From positions 1 to 51,245 of the forward strand of contig WJJT01000054.1 of assembly GCA_014729555.1 (NCBI GenBank): a DNA stretch of 51,245 nucleotides, in the 5' to 3' direction. The DNA comes from Candidatus Woesearchaeota archaeon. Its GTDB lineage: Archaea > Nanobdellota > Nanobdellia > Woesearchaeales > ARS49. Position 1 is the stretch's first letter; every line of letters starts with the position of its first letter. Below, piece by piece: positions 20,927 to 30,231 of this stretch. The notes under the pieces were generated by a model. The model was not told where the DNA came from. It saw only the letters and a program-made list of their open reading frames with translations, and did not search any database. A program made the translations under genes and the position numbers.

Positions 20927-21430
20927 TTACTTGATTTCCTTAAACATCTCCTTAGGAGCACTGCAAACAGGACATATATCTGGAATCTCATCGCCCACAA
21001 TCGTGTAACCGCAGCACTCACAGACATGATAATTAGTTGGTTCTAAATCTTTTTTCTCTTTAATCGCCTTTAGGGCCTTTTCATACTCTCTCTCGTGAAT
21101 CTTTTCAGCAGCAATAGCCCACCTGAAAGACCTCACTGCATCATTGTCATTAGCCTCTTCAGCCTCCTTGATAAATCTCGGATACAGCTTCTCTGCCTCA
21201 TACTTCTCACCCTCAAAAGCATCAACAATGTTCTCCTCAGTGGTCTTTATTCCGTTCAAGACATTCAGGTGGTTCCTTGCATGAGCAGTCTCAGAAGCAG
21301 CAGCAGCCCTGAACAGCCTGGCAATCTGCTTCCTGCCCTCTATCTCAGCCTTGTCTGCAAAAAACAAATATTTCCTGTTAGCCTGGCTCTCTCCTGCAAA
21401 AGCCTCCTGAAGATTTTCTTTAGTTGTCAT
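20927..21430 (-). CDS. rbr: Rubrerythrin
   Basis: AFAGESQANRKY, ExxH motifs and a C-terminal rubredoxin CxxC...CPVC. Confidence 0.95.
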   Translation of the reverse strand: MTTKENLQEAFAGESQANRKYLFFADKAEIEGRKQIARLFRAAAASETAHARNHLNVLNGIKTTEENIVDAFEGEKYEAEKLYPRFIKEAEEANDNDAVRSFRWAIAAEKIHEREYEKALKAIKEKKDLEPTNYHVCECCGYTIVGDEIPDICPVCSAPKEMFKEIK

Positions 21431-21446
21431 GATAAATCACCCCAAA

Positions 21447-21812
21447 CTAACTTTTTCTTAACTCATTTATAAGCTTTATTATTCCCTGCTTTATAGTTTC
21501 CTTGTTGCCATGCATTGGAATGCCGATGATTGTTACGTTATTTATCTTGCCGATTGATTTTCTTAGTTTCAACTCAGTACCCAAGTCAAAATCATGCATT
21601 GTAACAGGATGAAAATCCTTGACCTTATCAAGAGGAATCAATCGAACATCTTTCAAGCCTTTTACAACATCAAGAACAACAACATCGCCATTGATGCTGT
21701 CCAGAGAATCACACTTGATGAACTCAACACCTGCTATCTTTAATTCATCAGCCAATTCTTTTGCAAGAGAATCATCTTCAATATATTCATTGCCAAAACA
21801 GAGGACTTTCAT
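21447..21812 (-). CDS. Hydrogenase maturation protease-like protein (short HycI/HybD type)
   Basis: FGNEYIEDD, VVLD and TMHDFDLG motifs, in hydrogenase context. Confidence 0.7.
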   Translation of the reverse strand: MKVLCFGNEYIEDDSLAKELADELKIAGVEFIKCDSLDSINGDVVVLDVVKGLKDVRLIPLDKVKDFHPVTMHDFDLGTELKLRKSIGKINNVTIIGIPMHGNKETIKQGIIKLINELRKS

Positions 21813-21847
21813 GAACGTGCAAAATCAAAAAGTATTTATATTCTTTA

Positions 21848-22753
21848 TTGTTCTGCAAGCACATGATAAAGAAGGGGCATGCATTTGTTCTACTGACAGC
21901 ATTAATTAGCGGAGTGTCCATCTTTGTTAATAAATTTGGGGTAGAGGGAATAAACCCATACCTATTCACATGGTCAAAGAACATATTAGTGGTTTTACTC
22001 CTGTTCTCATTACTGATATTATTCAAAGACCTGAAAACATTCAAGACACTGAATAATAAACAATGGCTAAAGCTTGTAGCAATAGGATTTTTCGGGGGCT
22101 CAATACCATTTTTACTGTTCTTTAAAGGATTATCAATGAGCCCAAGCTCAACAGCAGCACTACTTCATAAATCAATGTTCATCTTTGTGAGTGCCTTGGC
22201 AGTATTATTCCTAAAAGAGAAGATGAACAAAGGATTCATTGTGGCTGCAATACTGCTATTTGCAGGAAATCTGTTCTTGCTAAAATTAACAAACTTAAGC
22301 TTTGGAATACCTGAATTACTGATATTAATCGCAGTATTATTCTGGTCAACAGAGACAATCATCTCAAAAAACACACTAAAAGAACTGCCATCCAATGTTG
22401 TGGCATTCGGCAGAATGTTCTTTGGAGCAATATTTATTCTAATATTCCTGCTTGCAACAGGAAACATGGGACAATTCCTTGAATTAACTCTTCCACAACT
22501 AGGATGGATTGCCTTAACATCTGCATTCTTATTGTTGTATGTCACAACATGGTATGCAGGACTAAAATACACACCAGCATCAGTGGCAGCAAGCATACTA
22601 GTATTAGGAAGTGCAATCACAACAATACTGTCAATTGCATATGCTGGAAGCTTCAGCATTGTGGAAATCTTAGGAATTGGTTTAATCAGTGCAGGAGTAA
22701 TAACTGCAATCTGCACATCTAGAGTGAAAATATTACTTCCTTCAAAGAACTAA
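21848..22753 (+). CDS. DMT/EamA family transporter
   Basis: 10 TM helices with two EamA-like repeats (FLKEK). Confidence 0.85.
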   Translation: MFCKHMIKKGHAFVLLTALISGVSIFVNKFGVEGINPYLFTWSKNILVVLLLFSLLILFKDLKTFKTLNNKQWLKLVAIGFFGGSIPFLLFFKGLSMSPSSTAALLHKSMFIFVSALAVLFLKEKMNKGFIVAAILLFAGNLFLLKLTNLSFGIPELLILIAVLFWSTETIISKNTLKELPSNVVAFGRMFFGAIFILIFLLATGNMGQFLELTLPQLGWIALTSAFLLLYVTTWYAGLKYTPASVAASILVLGSAITTILSIAYAGSFSIVEILGIGLISAGVITAICTSRVKILLPSKN

Positions 22754-23193
22754 ACTTTTTCTACTGCATAACCATAGTGAATCATTGCAGAATCTCCTGC
22801 TTTAGCAGTTGGATATAATGCATGCACATATCTTATATCACCATCGCCCAAATCTGCCCTAAAGACATCACCAATCTGTTTTACGAGTTTGCCTTTTTTA
22901 ACAACACACAACCTCTTAATCATAGGAGGCAGGTCCTTGCTAATAGCCTCTTCATGCCTGTTCCAGAAGTATTCTCTAATTGTTTCTACAGTCCATGGAT
23001 CTGGATTGATTTTCATGATTCTCTGAATTGCCACAGGAAAAATCCGCTCAAGATAAGCCCTATCCAGCGGAGTGTCTGTCTCAGCTGCCTGCTTTAATTT
23101 TTCCCACTCTTTTTCTGTGATAGTCTTTCTCACATCAACCAAGACCCTTGCACAGGGAAAAGAATATCTCAAGAAATAAACCTCAGGCAGCAT
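22750..23193 (-). CDS. DUF6390-like hydrogenase-associated protein with a HypC-like C-terminus
   Basis: FLRYSFPC N-terminus, C-terminal GDSAMIHYGYAVEKV; overlaps hypC. Confidence 0.65.
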   Translation of the reverse strand: MLPEVYFLRYSFPCARVLVDVRKTITEKEWEKLKQAAETDTPLDRAYLERIFPVAIQRIMKINPDPWTVETIREYFWNRHEEAISKDLPPMIKRLCVVKKGKLVKQIGDVFRADLGDGDIRYVHALYPTAKAGDSAMIHYGYAVEKV

Positions 23194-23389
23194 TTTCCCA
23201 CTCCTTCAAGCTTGCCAGAGCCTCTTCTTCTGATAATTTCTGGACAATAATCTGCGCAGAGACAAAAACATAGTCACCGATACTGAATTCTCCTTCAACA
23301 ATCTTTGCAGTCCTTTGCTCACCAGGATATTCTATAGTTGCCTCATCATCCTCAATCTTAATTATTTTGCCAGGAATAGCCATGCACAT
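23183..23389 (-). CDS. hypC: Hydrogenase assembly chaperone HypC
   Basis: MCMAIPGKI N-terminus, GDYV, EEA. Confidence 0.9.
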   Translation of the reverse strand: MCMAIPGKIIKIEDDEATIEYPGEQRTAKIVEGEFSIGDYVFVSAQIIVQKLSEEEALASLKEWENAA

Positions 23390-23712
23390 TATTCAACCAC
23401 CACATCTTTTAGAACGATTTCCTCTCCTTCAATGATCTTAAAAGGAACTTTCTTGCATTTAGGGCACTCAAACAAAGTAAGATCATGCGCTTTCTCAAGA
23501 ATTTTCGGCTCTCCCCTGTAGCCGCACCTGCACTCAACAAGGCCAGGAATTCTTATTACCTCGACTTCCCAATCCACTCTTTTTTCCAGGGCATCTTTTA
23601 GCTCATCCGCAGGCAGGTGCGCAAGATCACCTACCTCTATAGTGACTTTTTTCACATTTCCCTGCTCTTTTGCCTTGTCAATCAGTTCCTTGGCAATAAA
23701 CCCCTCGTGCAT
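23389..23712 (-). CDS. hypA: Hydrogenase nickel chaperone HypA
   Basis: MHE N-terminus, CxC and CPKC zinc ligands, GEE. Confidence 0.9.
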   Translation of the reverse strand: MHEGFIAKELIDKAKEQGNVKKVTIEVGDLAHLPADELKDALEKRVDWEVEVIRIPGLVECRCGYRGEPKILEKAHDLTLFECPKCKKVPFKIIEGEEIVLKDVVVE

Positions 23713-23785
23713 AATCTCATAAATACAAAATAGTATATAAGATTTTCTAGTAAGATTTTTATATTAGCGCACCAAAATAAGTCAC

Positions 23786-24805
23786 ATGAAAAAAGAGGTT
23801 GTTATAGTGGGTGCAGGCCCAGGCGGACTGAGTGCAGCAGAAACACTAGCAAATGCAGGAAAAGAAGTTCTTGTCCTTGAACAAAATAAAATAATAGGAA
23901 ATAAAGTTTGCGCAGGAGGACTGACAAGAAATGCAATGAAACTAGGCATACCAAAATCACTTTACCAGAGAACCTTCAAAAAAATACTCCTGCACGACAC
24001 AACAGAAACAGCGGAAATCGAATTAACCAAGCCAGTGATTGCAACAATAGACAGGAAAGACCTCGGCAGGTGGATGGCAAAAAAGGCCAAAAAAGCAGGA
24101 GCAGAGATACAAACAGAAACAAGCGTAAAAAACATCGGCAAGAATTACATTGAAACAGATGACCAAAAAATCCAGTTCAAGTACTTAATAGGGGCAGACG
24201 GGGCAAACAGCATTGTAAGAAAACACCTCGGCCTTGAAAGCAAAAAAGTGCTGGAAGCATTCCAGTACATAGTCTCAAAAAGATTCAAGGATTTAGAGAT
24301 GTTTGTAGACCCAGACAGGTTCGGGCCAGTGTATGCCTGGATATTCCCATACTCAAAAACAACATCCATAGGCACAGGAGCAGACCTGGACTACAAAGGA
24401 ATAAAACCAAGCACAGTAAAAAACAATTTTGACAAATGGTGCATGCAGAGAGGATACAGCATCAAAAACTCAGAATTCCAGGCACACACAATAAACTATG
24501 ACTACAGCGGGTATGAATTTAAAAGAAAATTCCTTGTAGGGGATGCAGGCGGTTTTGCATCAGGCCTGACAGGAGGAGGAATGTACCAGGCAATTATCTC
24601 AGGAAAAGACACTGCAAAAAAAATAATTGATTCAAAATACGGCTGCCCAAACATCCACCGCATACTGCAAACAAAAGCAATAGAAGAGGCAGCACTAGGC
24701 GTGCTGGAAATAAACAAAACAGCATCAAAAATAGGATATGGCCTGCTCACAAAAATGTGCAAAACACAGCTGCTTGGCAAATTCTTTGTTGAGCACATGG
24801 CCTAA
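23786..24805 (+). CDS. FAD-dependent oxidoreductase, geranylgeranyl reductase family
   Basis: GAGPGG, KVCAGG, IGADGANS, YAWIFP, VGDAGG. Confidence 0.85.
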   Translation: MKKEVVIVGAGPGGLSAAETLANAGKEVLVLEQNKIIGNKVCAGGLTRNAMKLGIPKSLYQRTFKKILLHDTTETAEIELTKPVIATIDRKDLGRWMAKKAKKAGAEIQTETSVKNIGKNYIETDDQKIQFKYLIGADGANSIVRKHLGLESKKVLEAFQYIVSKRFKDLEMFVDPDRFGPVYAWIFPYSKTTSIGTGADLDYKGIKPSTVKNNFDKWCMQRGYSIKNSEFQAHTINYDYSGYEFKRKFLVGDAGGFASGLTGGGMYQAIISGKDTAKKIIDSKYGCPNIHRILQTKAIEEAALGVLEINKTASKIGYGLLTKMCKTQLLGKFFVEHMA

Positions 24806-24866
24806 CGAATAGAAACATTTTTAAATAAGAACTTTATAATCAATTAAAAAAGGGGGTGTAATAGTA

Positions 24867-25049
24867 ATGGCTAAGAAAAAGAGAAAAAAATCTAAAAAAT
24901 CAAAACCAAAATTAAAGTTCAAGTCAAAACCAGCAGCATACAAGGTTGAGTCAACAACCTGTGCTCCTGAGATAAAACTGGCAATCTGGGGAATAATAGC
25001 ACTTGTTGTGGTGGTAGTGCTGGTCATGTATTTCACTGGAATGTTATAA
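24867..25049 (+). CDS. Small Lys-rich single-TM protein
   Basis: GGGGGTG RBS upstream; basic N-terminus and one C-terminal TM helix. Confidence 0.55.
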   Translation: MAKKKRKKSKKSKPKLKFKSKPAAYKVESTTCAPEIKLAIWGIIALVVVVVLVMYFTGML

Positions 25050-25051
25050 AC

Positions 25052-25186
25052 ATGGCTAAAAAAGAAGACATTTTTCTTATTATTATACTTTTAATCATAA
25101 TAGTCGTGCTCGCGTGGGTAATAGCAAACCTTGACCTTCTCTTTCCCACGCCAGGAGCGCAAGCACTGATAGAGTCAGTAGCATGA
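25052..25186 (+). CDS. 44-aa single-TM protein (below the ORF-track cutoff)
   Basis: MAKKEDIFLIIILLIIIVVLAWVIANLDLLFPTPGAQALIESVA; fills the gap and has an ATGA overlap with the next gene. Confidence 0.55.
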   Translation: MAKKEDIFLIIILLIIIVVLAWVIANLDLLFPTPGAQALIESVA

Positions 25187-25974
25187 AAGAGACTGCAATA
25201 CTAAAACAAGCTCTCAGAACAGCATACACAAACAAAAAATTGTTTTTGCTAAGCATAATTTTTGATGTATTATTCCTGTTTGTGTACGGCTTTGCAACAG
25301 CGCCGACATACCTAAAATTAATGGAAAACGTGAACGTCATAGGAGCGCATGCAGGAGAAGTAGTAAAAACAGCAACAAGAGAGAGCCAGAGCATGCTCTC
25401 TGCATTATCATCAGAAACAGTTGCACCATACTTTAACAACATAATCTGGTTATTATTGATACTTGCAGCCACAGTATACTTAATTTACTGCATTTTCCAG
25501 GCCCTGAACTGGAAAATAGCACTGCAGTTAACTGGAAAGAAAATAAACTACCTTGACTACCTGAAAAAATTCCTGCTTTTGAACATACTCTGGTTTATCC
25601 TATTCATGCTTTACTATGCGCTGGGATTTGTTGTAGACATAAGAAAAGTACTCATAAGCACACTAACACAAACAGAACCCTCGCACGTACTGAATATTGT
25701 GCTGGCATTTTACCTAATATTTATAGCATACTTTGCAGTAATTTCATATGTAAAACAAAATCTTGGAAAAAGCATAAAAACAGGCGCAGGAAAGATAAAG
25801 CAATTACTGCCCTCAATACTGCTTATTGCTGTTTATTTGCTTGCACTAAACATTGTGATAAAATTACTGGCTTCTTTAAACCCAATAATTGCGGTCATTA
25901 CTGGATTTATTTTACTGCTTCCTGCAGCAACAATAGCAAGGATTTATATATCACTGATAATACAAAAAGCATAA
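25183..25974 (+). CDS. Hypothetical multi-pass membrane protein
   Basis: About 6 TM helices; coupled to lgt. Confidence 0.7.
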   Translation: MKETAILKQALRTAYTNKKLFLLSIIFDVLFLFVYGFATAPTYLKLMENVNVIGAHAGEVVKTATRESQSMLSALSSETVAPYFNNIIWLLLILAATVYLIYCIFQALNWKIALQLTGKKINYLDYLKKFLLLNILWFILFMLYYALGFVVDIRKVLISTLTQTEPSHVLNIVLAFYLIFIAYFAVISYVKQNLGKSIKTGAGKIKQLLPSILLIAVYLLALNIVIKLLASLNPIIAVITGFILLLPAATIARIYISLIIQKA

Positions 25975-25975
25975 A

Positions 25976-26731
25976 ATGTGGGTACACAACCTAAATCCTG
26001 TAATATTCTCACTAGGGCCTCTTGAAGTAAGATGGTACGGCCTGATGTATGTTCTAAGCTTTATTGTAATTTACTTATATGCACGGGCAGCTGTAAAGCA
26101 AAACAAGCTAAAAATTTCCATGAAAGAACTGGATGACTTAATGATAATGCTAGTGGCAGCCTTGATAATAGGGGCAAGGCTTGGAGAGGTATTGTTCTAC
26201 AATCCTTCATATTACATTGCCAATCCTTCTGAAATCATAGCAATATGGCACGGCGGGCTGAGCTTTCACGGCGGATTAATAGGAGTACTTATTATCGGAT
26301 ATGTATTTGCAAGAAAGAAAAAAATAAGTTTTCTTCAATTATGTGATGTGTTTGTAGTTCCATTAGCACTAGCACAAGTATTTGGCAGAATCGGAAATTT
26401 CATCAATGGAGAATTGTATGGAAGAGTGACTACATTACCCTGGGGAATAAAGTTTCCCTCTGCAGAGGGATTCAGGCACCCATCACAGCTCTATGAAGCA
26501 GCGTATGATTTATTGATATTCGGATTCTTGTTCTTCCAACGCAACCTCAAAAGAAAACCAGGATACTTACTGGGCTGGTTCTTGGTATTGTATTCTGTAT
26601 TCAGATTCTTCACAGAATATGTCAGAGAGCCAGACTTTATGGTAGGGCCATTGACAATAGGACAAGTATTGAATATTCCTATGTTCATAGCAGGAGCTTA
26701 TTTGCTTTATAGGATTAGAAAGAAAAGCTAA
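25976..26731 (+). CDS. lgt: Prolipoprotein diacylglyceryl transferase
   Basis: VRWYGLMY, IGARL, GGLSFHGG, GRIGNFINGELYGR, RHPSQLYE, RFFTEYVR. Confidence 0.95.
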   Translation: MWVHNLNPVIFSLGPLEVRWYGLMYVLSFIVIYLYARAAVKQNKLKISMKELDDLMIMLVAALIIGARLGEVLFYNPSYYIANPSEIIAIWHGGLSFHGGLIGVLIIGYVFARKKKISFLQLCDVFVVPLALAQVFGRIGNFINGELYGRVTTLPWGIKFPSAEGFRHPSQLYEAAYDLLIFGFLFFQRNLKRKPGYLLGWFLVLYSVFRFFTEYVREPDFMVGPLTIGQVLNIPMFIAGAYLLYRIRKKS

Positions 26732-27342
26732 AGTAATCTCTCCAGAACAGGCCAGACAGCCTCAAAAATCAACTTATGACCTTCTGTATTTGGGTGAAGA
26801 CCGTCTATCAAATGCTTTTTGTCCATGCCAAAAATATCCACAAAAACCACTTGATTCTCTTTACAGACCTCTTTTGCAATCTCATTATATTGCTTTGCAA
26901 ACTCGTTTTTGTAAGAACACTCCTGCAACCAAGGAACAGGATCTACTCTGGACTCATCAACACCTGCAGAACCAACAAAAAGCATCTTTGCCTTGAAAGT
27001 TTTAGCAATCTTGAATAGTTCCTGCAGATTTTTATTGTACTCTTCTGGAGAAACCCAGTGCTCTTTTTTCTTGTTGTTAAACAAAGAATCATTATCCCCT
27101 ATAGAAAATACGAAAATAGTATCTCCGCCATACACAATCCTTGGCTTTGTCTCTGACTCAAAACGCTTAAGCAAACCTTTAGAAGTATCACCATCAACAC
27201 CAAGAGGATGCGCAAGCCAAGAAAAATCAGGATCTTCTAAAAACTTTTGGTGTATCTCTTGTTTAATCCTGTCTGCCCAGCCGCCTTTTGCATCCCATGC
27301 ACCATAAACAATACTGTCTCCGAAAATAAGTATTTGTGACAT
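26728..27342 (-). CDS. SGNH/GDSL hydrolase
   Basis: FGDSI, GxND and DGLHPN. Confidence 0.9.
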   Translation of the reverse strand: MSQILIFGDSIVYGAWDAKGGWADRIKQEIHQKFLEDPDFSWLAHPLGVDGDTSKGLLKRFESETKPRIVYGGDTIFVFSIGDNDSLFNNKKKEHWVSPEEYNKNLQELFKIAKTFKAKMLFVGSAGVDESRVDPVPWLQECSYKNEFAKQYNEIAKEVCKENQVVFVDIFGMDKKHLIDGLHPNTEGHKLIFEAVWPVLERLL

Positions 27343-27345
27343 TTT

Positions 27346-27834
27346 TTAAAACTCCTCAATCTCAATCTTATCTGTATCTGTGTCCCAGATTGCAAAGCTT
27401 GGCTTGCCTAATCTACCCATTATCTCTCCAGGATTAACAAATAATGTTTTGCCAATCTTCTTTATATTGCTTTTGTGTTCATGGCCATAGAAAACAATGT
27501 CAAACCTGCCAGACTTTGCCAATTCCTCTGCTTTTGCAGGCATATGACAGATGGCAATCTTTTTTCCTGCTAATTCGAATTCTGCAATATCGCCATACAA
27601 CGTAACGTTTTCTGCTTCATCAGCCAATTGCTTAGTTGCTTCCCTGTCATCAATATTGCCATAAACACAGTGAACAGGCTTACCAAACTTAGCCAAGTAA
27701 TCCTTGATGATAAAAGGGGCGCATAAATCACCGCAGTGAAACAAGGCAGCAACATTCTTCTCCTTAAGGATATTTAGTGCCTTTTCAAGGTTCCAGATAT
27801 TATCATGACTGTCGCTTATAACTCCAATTATCAT
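27346..27834 (-). CDS. Metallophosphoesterase (YfcE/MJ0936 family)
   Basis: ISDSH, HCGD, GNID, GHEH, NPG. Confidence 0.9.
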   Translation of the reverse strand: MIIGVISDSHDNIWNLEKALNILKEKNVAALFHCGDLCAPFIIKDYLAKFGKPVHCVYGNIDDREATKQLADEAENVTLYGDIAEFELAGKKIAICHMPAKAEELAKSGRFDIVFYGHEHKSNIKKIGKTLFVNPGEIMGRLGKPSFAIWDTDTDKIEIEEF

Positions 27835-27864
27835 GACATATCTGAATAGGGCGTTCTATAAAAG

Positions 27865-27932
27865 ATTTTCGCCGAAAAATTAATTTTTCGGTGAATTTGG
27901 AAATGCAAAGCATTTCCAATTTTCGCAGAAAA
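27865..27932. repeat. Double-palindrome intergenic element
   Basis: TTCGCCGAAAAAT/ATTTTTCGGTGAA followed by TTGGAAATGC-AAA-GCATTTCCAA, bounded by the near-direct repeat ATTTTCGC(C/A)GAAAA. Confidence 0.65.
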
Positions 27933-27963
27933 GTTTAAATAAACCACTGCCAAACCACAAAGC

Positions 27964-28308
27964 ATGAAAACAATACAGTTACTAACAATAACAAGCCTAT
28001 TGCTTATATTGACAGCATGTGTTCCGCCTGCAGAAGAGCTTGCAGGCATTAATGATACAGAGAGCAAAACAGTGCCAAAAGAACCAGAAGTCGAGGTAAA
28101 ACAGGAGATAACAATAGTGCCAGAAGTGCCTGAAGAAAACAAAACTGTTATTAAAAACATCACAAACACAACACAAAACACAACAGTGCCGCCAATAACA
28201 ACAGCAGCACAAACACAGCCGCCGCAGATAGCAGGCAAAACAATTGTTTACCAAGGCGGAGCAATAGAGATGGGAGAAGGAGAATCAGCCAGAATCATAA
28301 TAAAATAA
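27964..28308 (+). CDS. Hypothetical lipoprotein with a Thr/Asn-rich linker
   Basis: Lipobox LTAC; several NxT sequons. Confidence 0.65.
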   Translation: MKTIQLLTITSLLLILTACVPPAEELAGINDTESKTVPKEPEVEVKQEITIVPEVPEENKTVIKNITNTTQNTTVPPITTAAQTQPPQIAGKTIVYQGGAIEMGEGESARIIIK

Positions 28309-28318
28309 AAAGGGTGAT

Positions 28319-29230
28319 ATGATGGTAGTCTATGACACAATAATCGTAGGAGCAGGGCCTGCAGGGCTCTCAGCCGCAATATATGCAGCAAGACAAAAAA
28401 TGAAATTCCTTGTTCTCACAAAAGACATAGGAGGCCAGACACTCTGGAGCACAGAAGTAGGCAATTATCTCGGATTCCACTTATTGACAGGAGAGGAGCT
28501 TGTAAAAAAATTCGAAGAACACCTGGAAGACTATGACATACAAGTAAAAGAGCAAGAGCCTGTCAAAGAAATCAAGAAAAGCAAGAAAAAATTCAAGGTA
28601 AAGACAGACAAGAAAACATACGAGACAAAGACAGCCATAATAGCATCAGGAAAACACCCAAGATACCTTAAAGTGCCAGGAGAAAAAGAATATTACGGCA
28701 AAGGCGTGGCATACTGCGCAACCTGCGACGCCCCGCTATACAAAGACAAGACAGTGGCAGTAGTAGGAGGGGGCAACTCAGCAATAGAGGCAGCAATGAT
28801 ACTTGAAAAATACGCCAAAAAAATATACCTGCTGGTGAGAGGAGACAAATTACAGGGAGAGCCAGTGCTAATGGACAAAATAGACAAGATGAAAAAACTG
28901 ACAATGATAACAAATGCAGACACAAAAGAAATAAAAGGCAACAAATTTGTCACAGAGCTTGTCTATGACCAAAAAGGAAAAGAAAAAAGCATCAAAACAG
29001 AAGGAGTATTTGTGGAAATAGGACTCATACCAAACTCAGACATGATAGACTTTGTCAAGAAAAACAAAAAAGGAGAGATAAAAGTAGACAAGGAAATGCA
29101 CACATCAGAAGAAGGCGTATTTGCAGCAGGAGATGTAAACGACGGCACAGAAAAACAGATAATAGTGGCAGCAGGAGAGGGCTGTGTTGCGTTATTAGAA
29201 GCAGTAAGATACCTTCAAAAACAGGAATGA
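28319..29230 (+). CDS. trxB: Thioredoxin reductase
   Basis: GAGPAG, YCATCD, VGGGNSA, FAAGD. Confidence 0.93.
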   Translation: MMVVYDTIIVGAGPAGLSAAIYAARQKMKFLVLTKDIGGQTLWSTEVGNYLGFHLLTGEELVKKFEEHLEDYDIQVKEQEPVKEIKKSKKKFKVKTDKKTYETKTAIIASGKHPRYLKVPGEKEYYGKGVAYCATCDAPLYKDKTVAVVGGGNSAIEAAMILEKYAKKIYLLVRGDKLQGEPVLMDKIDKMKKLTMITNADTKEIKGNKFVTELVYDQKGKEKSIKTEGVFVEIGLIPNSDMIDFVKKNKKGEIKVDKEMHTSEEGVFAAGDVNDGTEKQIIVAAGEGCVALLEAVRYLQKQE

Positions 29231-29309
29231 TTAAGGATTTTAGAAAGATATATAAATAAGCTCATTTTTAAACAAGACACCAAAGACCAAAAAGGGGGAT
29301 CTTTTAATT

Positions 29310-29528
29310 ATGGCTGTAAAACGAGCTACAACTATTCCTAAAGCACCGCTTGCAAGAATAATGATGCAGTCAGGAGCACAAAGAATAAGCTCAGATGCAC
29401 TGGACGTTCTTGTAGAGGTATTAGAAGACAAAGCACTAGAGATAGCAAACCAGGCAGTAAAGATATCAAAACACGCAGGAAGAAAAACAGTGAATGACGG
29501 AGACATCAGGCTGGCAGCAAAAAAATAA
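29310..29528 (+). CDS. Archaeal histone (HMf family)
   Basis: IPKAPLARIM, RISSDA and KHAGRKTVxxxDI histone-fold motifs. Confidence 0.93.
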   Translation: MAVKRATTIPKAPLARIMMQSGAQRISSDALDVLVEVLEDKALEIANQAVKISKHAGRKTVNDGDIRLAAKK

Positions 29529-29951
29529 CTATTTTCTCTTCATGTAAATTATTTCATCCCTGTCAAACAACCTTGCAAAAAAATTATACAGCTCTGCCCT
29601 CTTCAGAGGCCAGGGAGCTTTTTTCCTTGTAATCTTCTTAAAACCAAACTTTTCATAATACTGCTCAAGATGAGGAAGGCAAATCAAGTAAAGCCTGCTG
29701 TATTTCTTAAGAACATTATTCAGAAGCTTAGCCATGTAGCCGCGCCTCCTGAAAGGCTTTGTTGTTATGACAATACCCAACTCCTTAACCCTGCCAAAAT
29801 TCTTGATACAGCAGATAGAAATAAGCTTATTCTTGTCAAAAAGCATGTACACCTTTGCATTCATGAATATAGCAAGAGTATCCATCCATTCAGTGATTAT
29901 AAGCCAAATAACCCTGGGCTGGCACAGTATCCTGCTTTCAACTATCTTCAT
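29529..29951 (-). CDS. GNAT acetyltransferase
   Basis: FRRRGYM and YYEKFGF motifs. Confidence 0.8.
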   Translation of the reverse strand: MKIVESRILCQPRVIWLIITEWMDTLAIFMNAKVYMLFDKNKLISICCIKNFGRVKELGIVITTKPFRRRGYMAKLLNNVLKKYSRLYLICLPHLEQYYEKFGFKKITRKKAPWPLKRAELYNFFARLFDRDEIIYMKRK

Positions 29952-30006
29952 AATCAAGCATAAAAGCAGAGGTTTTATATAAAAATTAGGTATTTTCACC
30001 AGCAAT

Positions 30007-30174
30007 GGGCTGGTAGTTCAACCTGGTAGAATGCTCCGCTGGCAGCGGAGAGGCTGCGGGTTCAAAAGCGAGAGACTGCACTCTACGCGTACTGGCGTAC
30101 GGTTGGGCATTCCTACAGAAGCCCAACAGGACTCTGGAATATGTGATCTCTTGTTGAAGGTCCCGCCCAGTCCA
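30007..30174 (+). tRNA. tRNA-Ala(GGC) with a 94-nt intron at 59/60
   Basis: GGGCTGG/CCAGTCC-A with G3-U70; CTCCG-CTGGCAG-CGGAG; BHB TTCA-AAA...TGAA-GGT gives intron 30067-30160. Confidence 0.92.
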
Positions 30175-30231
30175 TACTTTATATCGATACCTTTTTAAAG
30201 GATAAGTAATCCTTTAGTTGCTGGGGGAAAA

